Assembly: GCA_021432655.1 (NCBI GenBank)
Contig: MU271229.1
Coordinates: 17,849 to 81,848, forward strand
Direction: 5' to 3'
Source of the DNA: Atractiella rhizophila
Lineage: Eukaryota
Length of the DNA stretch: 64,000 nucleotides
Of this stretch, positions 54,276-64,000 are shown in pieces (position 1 is the first letter of the stretch; each line of letters opens with the position of its first letter). Below the pieces are notes generated by a model. That model did not search any database. It was given only the letters and a program-made list of their open reading frames with translations, and was not told the DNA's origin. Position numbers and translations under genes: made by a program.

Positions 54276-57200
54276 TTAATTTTCTGCGCGCAGTCTAGTC
54301 AGGAAGAATCTGAGAAGAGAGCAGGGGAGGATGGACGTACTGATTGTCCAGTTCTAGTGCGTTCCGAGTCGAGGTCACCTGTTGAAGATCTTCGAGCAGT
54401 CTGCTTCTCCCATCCTCGGGCGGGAGATCGATGTCTTGAGCGAGCGTCTCTAGTTCCTCATTAAACGTCTAATTATGGACCAGCGTTCTAGTTAGCAAAG
54501 TCCAGGTAAGGACAAAACACGGACATCTATCATAGCTTGGTTCTCAGCCTGGAGCTCCTGATTCTCCTCTTGGAGATGTCGATACATGCCGCTGAGCGTT
54601 CCCAATTGCCCTGTAAGCTGCTTCGAATGCTCTGTCACTCGTTCAACTTCCCTCGCATACTGCAATGAAGCAAAATGGTCAGCCCAACTCCTTCAGCAGC
54701 GGACATGGGAGATGCAAACCTCATCCTTCTCTGCACGAAGGGACTCTACAGTCCGTTGAAGCTCCAAGCACCTCTCTTCTGCTTTTTCATACCGCCTCTG
54801 CCATTCGCCTCCATCCTCCTCCCGCAATCGCGACAGGACTGGCGGACTTCGTATTCGCTCAATGGGCTCGAATTTGTTCTGCATGCAACATCAGATATGC
54901 ACCAGCAACGTAGTCAAAATGCCTACAATCATGTTAAGCGTTGATGGTGACCGTGTCAAGCCTGTACTGGCTGTCCTTGGAGAGGTTTGTTCTTCTGCAA
55001 TCTTCCTCATCAGACTCGAACGAAGGGCATCCACCCTTCCTTTTCCAGTGGGTATCGGAGGCTACACTCATGTTAGCTCGAAAATTGGACGACATTTGGA
55101 CATACCGGACTGCGAGAACTGAGCAGTCGATCTACGGGTTGAGAGTCGACATGCATCGCAGAGGGAAGGAGGGCCTGCCACATTGCTCTGCATCAGGCGT
55201 GGTTAGTCATAAAAAGGTACATACCGGAGGACTTCTCGATCGTTGCAGAGCACCAGCACGATCAACATCCATGCGCTCATCAGCACTGCTCCTCCTTTCC
55301 CCTTCCGCTTCCAATAAAGGCACAGTCCTCTCTTTCCGAAAGGTGGATCGTCTCAGAGGCGACACCTTCCTCTGCGGCGCGCTAGGTTCTGTATTACCAG
55401 CTCCTAAATCGTCTAATGCAGGTCGTTTAGCAGCGGGTGGAAGAGAGCGAGGGGAAGTTGGGTCGGGAAGTGGACGTTTCGCTATCCGCGGTGGAGAAGT
55501 GGAGGGGGGAGGAGTGGAAGGACGCAGAGGTTGTTCCTCGACGGTCATTTCGTCAGGCTCGGAAGTGAATGAAGTGGACTCAGGACCGTCAGGAGTGGTA
55601 TCCTCTCCCTCATCTTCTTCATCAGACCCTGGAGGAGGGACAGGTGACGGAGACGGCTCTCGAGGGCCAATGGGCCCCCTTCTCTCGGGTCGCGAGAGAT
55701 AGATGGATGTGGGAGGCACGAGTTCGTCAGTTGGAGACATGGGACGACGATCCGTGCACGGTGGAGGTACGCTTGATGGTCGACGCCGCTTGCCCTTAGA
55801 AGGCTCAGTTACGAGCTCCATCATCGTGTCCTCATCAGAATCAGCAGCAGAAATCGTTTTGTCGGGATCCTCGTTGATGGAGCCCTCAAGTTGAGGCGTA
55901 GACTTCGAGGCAATATGGTTGCTCCAGACCTGCGATAGCTGGCTTTTGGTCGGTGGCAAATGGCGGCGTAACATCGATCCGTCTTCCATCAGGGACGTGG
56001 CTGTCGTAGAACCACTAACACTATTCGATAAGATAGACCGACTCTCAACGCCGGATGTCTTTGTAATCGTAGACTGCGTTCGTTTGTGACTGCTAGTGAT
56101 GCTTCCAAACACATCGCGTGAGAGGAGGTTGCGCGAAATGCTGTCGAGACCAAAGGTATTGGAACGGGTGCGGACGGTGGGAGTGATGGGTTGCTCAGGC
56201 GGGGGATGGGTCGGTAGAGCTGGAAAGCGTGGAGGGACATCGTGGAGGCCAAGTTGTTGCACTACAGATACCTAATTCAACAGGATTGCAGACAAATGTG
56301 GCAGAAGAACCCACAAGTTTGAATCATCATGGGGATGATACCAGAAGTCACCAGCTGATCCTCGCCAGGAGGTCCTTGCATCCCCCTTAATCGAATCGAG
56401 AGCCTGCCGAACGCCCATTAACGACAGCACTGAAATGATCTTGTTGACAGAGAACGTACATCCACTTCCCATTTCTCTCACTGTGCGCTCTCGCAACCGC
56501 GAACGGTCCCATCCCACCCTCCATGCCAAAACCAATCTCATCCGCCTCGTTCCTCGGATCGATTTGAAGGACCATCTTCCCCTTCCTCGACTCTCCCAAG
56601 TATTGTTTCTTCTCATAAACGTTCCAGAAAGCGGTCGTGACACGCTCAGAGCTTAAACTGCTGCCTTCCTTCCCGTTATCTCTCCCACTCGACTTTCCAT
56701 GCCCGTGAGAGCGATCTTCGACTTCAAGCATGAGACCGGCGGAACGAGCGTCTTTCGTTTTAAGGAGAGCTTGTGCGCGCCAAAGGTTGTGCAGGAATCG
56801 ACGCTTCTCGTACGCTAAGGTTTCTGGGGTATTGGTCGTAGCAGAGAGGAGGTTGGTTGTGGGTATGACGGCGTACTGACGATGCGGACGGCCGTTCCAC
56901 CTCTCGGATGAGTCGTAAGGAGGAGGGGAGAAATAGAAAGCCAGCTCTATCCTCCCAACGTCATATCAGCACATATCCATGATAGCGGAATGAATGATAG
57001 AGGGAAACGAACCATCCCCATCCTTATCTACTGCGGTCACATCCGTCAACTCCAACACTCCCTTTAACTTGAGCGCCGCGCTCTTCTTTCCTCCACCTTC
57101 CCTCTTCCTCGGGCTCTCCGGCGCTCCACCTGAAGAATTGAAATCCTCCAATCCAGCCAAAGCGCGACCGGTAAGATTCGAAGTCGTGTTCCGTTTGACG

Positions 57201-59299
57201 ATGAGAAGTTTATCGGTGAAGAGGAAGAGGGTGCAATGAAGCACGTTGTTCACCACGTTCCCTCCGGAGTGAGAGGCGGAGAGGGAGGAACCGTGTGAGT
57301 GAGAGTGTGAGGATGTGGAGCCGATGGTGGAGGAGAGGGAGGGGGAGGGGAAGGGGACGGAAGAGGAAGGTAATGGGAGGTCGGCTAGGTCTATGCAGTC
57401 GATGAATGAGCGCGAATTTGAGATGAGGTCCGCCTGTATTGACCGCAATTGTCAGGAATCGCTTCGAACCATTCAATGGTCAACAGGGATAGGAGGAAGA
57501 CGTACCGGACAATCCTCGATATTCCTTTGTAACATGGTCATACAATTCGCTCTGAAAGTTTCCTCGTCCAAATCACAGTTCGCAATCTTGGTGGCGATTT
57601 CAATCGCGTCCTCCAGCTCTCTCCTTCTAGAATCATGCGGATCGAGGTGTTTAAGCATCTCTAATCACCCAACCAAAGGGCACATCGGCACTTACTTCAG
57701 CGGCTTGAGAAGGAAAGAGACATACCGTCCATCAGCAATCTATATCTAGGAATCCTCTGAATGGGCTCCATCAACAGTTCTCGCAATCCCACATTCCCAA
57801 TACCTCCCGCTCCATTCCCCGACGTCTGCATCTTCGTCTTCTCACAAAACCTACTGAATCCGCTCCTCCACTGGGACGTCGTTGCCATGAGGGAGTTCTC
57901 TATGCCTTTCGCTTGTGGATAGGAGGACAGATAAGACGTGTAGGGGACTGAGAACCTCGACATCTGTCATCATTTACATTTTGTGTTCGATCTTGACTCT
58001 CTTCAAGGGTGGAAGAGAAGCTTACCCAATCCTTAATTATCCCGGCCCATTCCACTCCCGCTCCCCGCTCCACCTCTTCTCCAACCCTCATTCCTTCCAA
58101 AACACCCAGGAACTGCTCATTGAGACCCAACAACGCCTCCACGTTCCCAAACAGGACCCTAGCCTCGAAAGGGGGTATGATCAACGAGTTCTTGTCCTTT
58201 GCAAAAGTCCGTAGTGGAAGCGCGTAGTTCTGTACCCAAGACAATCAGCTTTTCCATCACATATGAACCGACGCGATAAGAGAAGAAAACGTACATGCCA
58301 TAATACCCCCAGTCGCCTTACGTAGCTTCGTTCGGTATCAACCAGCTCTCGAAGTCGAGAGGAGAGGGCTTGTGGGTTGTGTCTTGCCGTTTTTTGGGGC
58401 ATAGAGGAGAGGGAGGAAGGAAGGGGATGAGAGGAGAGCGCGCGGGAGAGTCGGCGCAGGGGAGGGAGGGAGGAGCCGAGGTAAGGGAGAAGAAGCGATG
58501 TGGCTGTTCCAAGGTTGAACATGGATGATCAGTACATTGGTTGGGAATTTCAAAGGGGAGAGCGAGGAGTCTCATAGTATTTTGTACGACTCTACCCTCA
58601 CTCTAGTACAGGAAAGAAAGACGGACCATCAGGAATTTCCCACCCGCCGTCTCCAACCCTCATTCCCTCGACAACAACATCGCAGAAGAGCGGTCTGACC
58701 TTCTTATACCTCTCTCCATACTTCAAGCTCCCACTCCTCGAGGTGCTGACAGTACCTTGGGTCACAGTCGTGCTCGAGGTTGACGCGGTCAACTGTCTCT
58801 GTGGGTGAGGTGGATGTGGATGCGGATGTGAATAAGCATGAGGTTGCGGATTGGGATGTCTACGGATAGTTCCTATCCCTGCCGTTTCGATAGAATCCAA
58901 CGAGTTATTCGCCTCCTCTTGTACCTTGTCCTTCTTCGCACCCTTCCCAGCTTTAACACCTCTTTCGCTTCCATAACTCGCACCATAACTGCCATAACTG
59001 CCCACGCTCCCTTCGTAGCTCCCACTGGCCGAATACGCGCTCTTCGGCCGCGGAATCCCACTCCCAATCCCAACCCCAACCACACTCCCACTGCCGGCTG
59101 TGACTACGGACGCATTTCGTTGGTGAGAGCGATGGGACTGATGGGAGTGCGCGGACGAGGTGGACGGCGTGGAAGAAGCCGAGCCGGCGGTGGAAGAGGT
59201 GCTGCTCGATTTTCCGAACCAGTTACGCGTGGACTCGGCTGATCGCTTCTTCTGGAGCTTGTTGGGTGACGGCGGAGGGGGCGAGAGGAGGGATGGCAT
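54276..59299 (-). CDS. RhoGEF (DH domain followed by a PH-like region, Pro/Ser-rich linker and C-terminal coiled coil)
   Basis: LRELVDTERSYVRRL, LFGNVEALL, LRELLMEPIQRIPRYRLL, CTLFLFTDKLLIVKR. Ends approximate. Confidence 0.85.
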
Positions 59300-60936
59300 T
59301 CCTTGTTGTGCTTGCTGTTGTTTGTGTGATGCTAATGAGGACGTGAATGAAGATGCTATGCTGGTGCAATGCGACGTGATGTATCGATGTGAGGGAAGCG
59401 CGATGGCGATGGTATGGGAAAGGGAAGGGAAGGGAGGAAAGGGCAAGTTGTTTTGATGATCGTCCTCACGCGAATTAGACCCCTAACCCTATTTACTGCG
59501 GATTACTCTCTTTTCTTGTTGTGGTCTCAGCCTCAGCTTGGTTGGTGGATCAGATGGACTGAGGCTGAGAGGATGAGAGGATTGCTGAGGAGCACAAGAG
59601 GAATGGGAGTGGATGAGAATGACAATTCGTGAGGTGTGTGCTTCCGCCAGTTAAATTCTGGAATAGAAGCGTCGAGTTCTCTCAAGCTTGATGGCACTGT
59701 CTATCGTGCGAGGTTGACGCAAAGCTATGGACCTCTTACCCTGACACAAACCTGATGCTTAATTACACCCTTCCGGTAATTGTGTGTTACAGGTGTGAGA
59801 GAATGCGGGACTTTCAATGTTTTAGGTTCCGATTGGGTCATTTATATTTTCGTTCTCTCGTGAGCCATTGCTTGCATGTCTCTTTCTGTCGAAAAACCGA
59901 TAGAACCACCAGAGTCGTGGACGGCATGTTTAGATTCAATGGATATAAGACAGAAAACGTCTACATGCTGCTCTGCTGAAATTTTTCCAAAAATTCGCCA
60001 AAAACACCAATTGTAGCAGTTGAGAATATTGATTGCCTATTCTGTCATGGAACAACTGGGCGTATGGATATGATCGTTAGGACGTGGCCTAACCCGTAAG
60101 TGACACAAATTAGTAGAGCACGCACTGCATGCAAAAACATTCTATATTCAGTTGCTTGCAATTTTATAATGCATCCCTCGTCCCCAGCTCCACACGACCG
60201 AGCGCGACCGAAATTGTGCGTGGAGATACTTGTAGTCGATGAGCTGTTGGAAGCCCAAGAGTGTGAGGGTACCGGTCTTCGATCTTCGACCATCGATGTT
60301 CGTTCAAGAGCAGCGTTGGGCGCCATTCATCCATTAGATGAAGAAGTGTTATTTCCTCACCAGCAGGACTGGAAAGCGTTCCGCGTGAGGTTGGACCAAA
60401 ATAATGTTGCCTCTTGAGCCTGCTGGATAACATAATCAAAGCGGCGGTCCGCACCGTGCGGATGGGCTGAAGATTGTGGATGGCAGCTGAGGGTGGTGCG
60501 ATTCTGCGATGGAGCAAGCGTCATTGCTCAGGCATGATTGCGGATGCAAGAGTGCCTTGTCTACAGCCCAGCCCAGATATTTATCGTTTATCGTGGTGAT
60601 GACATCTGGCGCCGGAAGCCATTCCAGACCGGGAATGACACACCCTTCCTTTTTCCGGCGGGTAGTGGTAATGGCGGAAAATAAAGTTCGCTTTGTTTCT
60701 GACGTTACCGACAATGACCAACTCCCTTACCGTCGCGGCGGGAACTTCAAGTTGAATGTCGTCCCCTCCAGCGAGCGTAATTTTGAGGCGAGGCGAGTTG
60801 GACGCTCGGGGGAAACGCTCACTCCCGACGGCCACTTTTAGCGCGTATGCATTGGAGAATTCAAGCTATTCCAGTGTGTAATGAAGACCTGGCCGTGACG
60901 CTTGCGCGACTTTATCCAGATACCGTCCCCGTGGTG

Positions 60937-60943
60937 TATAAAA
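60937..60943 (+). promoter_or_regulatory. Putative TATA box of the ABC transporter gene
   Basis: TATAAAA ~115 nt upstream of the ATG at 61052. Confidence 0.45.
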
Positions 60944-61051
60944 CTGAGCGCGAGGAGAGGAGTGCCCATTCCCAAATCTCTTTGTTACAACACTTTATTA
61001 TCCACTTGACGCTTCAACCAATCTAATAGACGTTACGACTGATCTGTCACC

Positions 61052-64000
61052 ATGGCGGACTCAAGTAAGATATTCGTCGCTTTACTTTCTCTGGTTGAAA
61101 GGAAAGTACTGATTATTGCACACCAGTTGACTCGGACCACCATACAAGGGTCCCGACCCCAGAGTTATCTCTCTCTGAGCGCCCTCTCTCGAGCGGTGAT
61201 GCAAAGGCTGAGCTCGCCGCCTTACAAGAAGACCTCCGACAACAAACCACAAGAAAGAGCACGCAGCTTGAAGACGGCGGTACGCCCGCATTCGAAGGTG
61301 GTGAAGACGACGAGGACGAGTTCAATCTGCTCGAATTTTTGAAGGGCGATAAGGAAAGGAGAGATGCGGTGCTGGAGGAGGTGAAGAGGGAGAGGGCGAA
61401 GAAGATGAAGACAGGCGATTTGGAGTTGGGCGTGGATGGTGGCGGAGATGAAAAGTTTATTGGTTCTGGCGCGAGGAAGTTGGGTGTCGTCTGGCAAAAC
61501 TTGACTGTGAAGGGAGCCGGAGGCATCAAGGTGCTGTGTCTTATTTTCCCCGCACAATCAAACTGAGAACAAAACAGATCAATATCAGGACCTTCCCCAA
61601 TGCTATCATCGAGTTCTTCCTCTCCCCTGTTCTTCCACTAATAATGAGGCTCCCGAAATTTGCTCCTAAGGTGAGTCTCTCTCGCTTCCGCCCTATGATA
61701 CTAAAGATCACGTAGACGAAAACCCTTATTCACAACTTCAATGGGTATTTGAGACCGGGAGAAATGTGTCTGGTGCTCGGTAGACCTGGCAGTGGATGCA
61801 CAACGTTCTTAAAGGTACGCCTTCAGCGCATTGCTGGCCGTTGCTCAAAATTGTCACAGAATATATCCAATCAACGCGTTGGTTATCTGAGCGTCGAAGG
61901 AGACGTGACCTACGGCGGTTTGGCAGCTGAGAACTTTGGGAGGCATGGAAGATATGAAGGGGAGGTCGTTTACTGCCCCGAGGACGAGATTCATTTGCCT
62001 ACCTTGACGGTCCAGCAGACGTTGGAGTTTGCCTTGAAGAACAAAACACCTCCTCATCAACTGCGTCTCGCGGACGAGAAATCCCGCGCAGCGTTCAGGA
62101 CCAAGGTGGTTGAATATCTTCTCAAGATGTTGGGTATCCCCCACACGAAGAATACTCTCGTTGGAAATGAGTTCGTGAGAGGCGTCTCCGGAGGAGAGAG
62201 AAAGAGGGTGTCCATTGCGGAAATGATGATTACTAGAGCGATTGTAATGTCTTGGGACAATTCGACCCGGTTCGTGGCTCATTCCTGCTATTACTAGGGA
62301 CTGACGGCTTATGCAGTGGTCTTGACGCTTCTACCGCTCTGGATTACGCTAAGTCCTTGAGAGTGATGACAGATGTGTTCGAAGGAACAACCTTCGTTTC
62401 GCTTTATCAAGCGGGTGAAGGTATCTACGAGCAATTTGACAAAGTTCTGGTCATAGATGGTAAATTCCGTTGCCTTTCATCGCAATTTGCTGAACGTATT
62501 CCCAGACGGACGATGCGCCTTCTACGGTCCAGCAGCAGAGGCTCGAGCATACTTCGTATCTCTTGGTTTCGCAGATCTTCCTCGCCAAACTACTGCCGAT
62601 TACCTCACAGGTTGCACTGACCCTAACGAACGTCGGTTCCAAGACGGCAAGGACGCTTCTAGTGTGCCATCTACTCCGGAACAGCTGGAAGAGGCGTTCC
62701 TCAAGAGCTCCTACAACAGGGAGTTGATGGAGGATATGCGAGAGTACAAGGAAGAAGTAGACAGGGCACTTCCCCAATTTGAAAAGGAACTTAGGTTCCT
62801 TCATAAAGTCGAAAAACAGCCGCTCGTTCTCTCTGGGAAGAGCCCATACCAGGTCTCGTTCTTGGATCAGATATGGGCCTTGACCGTCAGACAATTTCGG
62901 CTTCGTATTCAAGATACTCTCGGTATATATTTGTCATTTTTTGATTGCAATTCTGACAACGTTGGTTTAGGGCTTTCTGTGGCTTACATCACCAGTGTCA
63001 TAGCTGCCATCATTACCGGTTCCGTCTACCTCAACCTTCCTGAGACTTCAGCTGGCGCCTTCACTCGCGGTGGCGTTCTTTTCTTGGCTCTGCTCCTGAA
63101 CGCTTTCAACGCCTTCAATGAACTCCCTACTCAAATGATGGGTCGTCCCATTCTATGGAAGCATCGTGGTTTCGCTTTTTACCGGCCAGCGGCTTTGTCA
63201 ATCGCTTCCACTCTGGCTGATATCCCGTGAGCCTCTGTTGACCCTCCCAGTGAATGCTAAGCTGAACATGATGATAGAATCAACTTCTTCCAGGTACGTC
63301 GGCAGCTACCTCCGTATCTTTGTTGATTTGTGAATAGATACTCTCCTTCTCCTTAATCCTTTACTGGATGACTGGCCTGAAGGCAACTGCTGGCGCATTC
63401 TTCACGTTCCTGGCTTTGGTTTTTATGGGGTTCCTCGCCCTTGCCTCGTTCTTCAGATTACTCGGTGCCTGCTGCATCTCGTATGATGTCGCCGCTCGCT
63501 TTGCTGCCGCACTCGTTTCCGCTATGGTCCTCTATTCCGGGTATCTTATCCCCGTCTTCAGCATGAAGCGATGGGTGCGCCTTCTACATGTATTTTTCCG
63601 CAGACAGAGCTGACAGTGTTCCGAACGCAAAACTAGCTGTTCTGGCTGTAAGTATTTTTAACAAATGCCTGCACAACCTCTAACTTCGACGATGTATAGG
63701 TACTACGCCAACCCTGTGAATTGGGGGTTCCAAGGACTCATGTCTAACGAATTCGGGGGCCTTGAACTACTATGTGTCGGCAGTAATATCATACCACGTA
63801 ACGTGCCTGGCGTCGTTGACAGTTATCCCAATGATCTTGGCCCAAATCAAGTCTGCACTTTGGCTGGTGGGTGCTCTCCTTTCTGGGTATTATTGCCATT
63901 AACCATTCCACCATAGGTGCTCGCCCAGCGCAGCCGTTCGTGCGTGGAGGAGACTACATCTCTGCTGCATTCCAGTACCAGACTGGGGTGGCTTGGAGGA
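61052..64000 (+). CDS. PDR/SNQ2-type ABCG transporter, 5' part (runs off the window)
   Basis: [81 protein letters not shown]. Confidence 0.96.

Noticed and set aside
54941..55702. Long antisense ORFs (also 19458-20093, 27507-28049 and others)
   Set aside because: Shadow frames opposite genuine exons, with no independent motifs.
59481..59490. CCCTAACCCT as a telomerase RNA template or telomeric seed
   Set aside because: A single 10-mer with no array or supporting structure; plausible by chance in a window this size.
59900..60850. Short ORFs between the RhoGEF and ABC transporter genes
   Set aside because: No recognisable domain; cannot be distinguished from intergenic sequence.

Overview
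Intron-rich eukaryotic DNA with short (~50-70 nt) GT-AG introns and CTRAY-type branch points. Gene content and style fit a basidiomycete fungus; the species cannot be determined from the sequence. About 19 spliced genes can be reconstructed by eye: GH43, a secreted HExxH protein, amidase, CAF1/POP2, enolase, 14-3-3, GMC/alcohol oxidase, TOK-type K+ channel, HIT hydrolase, serine dehydratase, AP-2 alpha-adaptin, two paralogous MFS transporters, a degenerate NADAR-domain protein, a USP deubiquitinase, GH28, a Git3-like GPCR, a RhoGEF and the 5' part of a PDR-type ABC transporter. Exon boundaries are approximate. Three things stand out. (1) Three introns of 750-1070 nt in the HIT, AP-2 alpha and USP genes are all phase 1, all read GTnnGTC...GACAG, and contain many complementary segments; G-U asymmetry favours the sense strand, and one stem is kept by changes in both arms between two copies. 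(2) Three ~1.1-1.3 kb tandem duplications have near-identical ends and diverged middles, most likely two haplotypes assembled in tandem. (3) Short perfect tandem duplications of 10 and 16 bp frameshift the TOK and GH28 genes. No tRNA, rRNA, CRISPR array or transposase was recognised.
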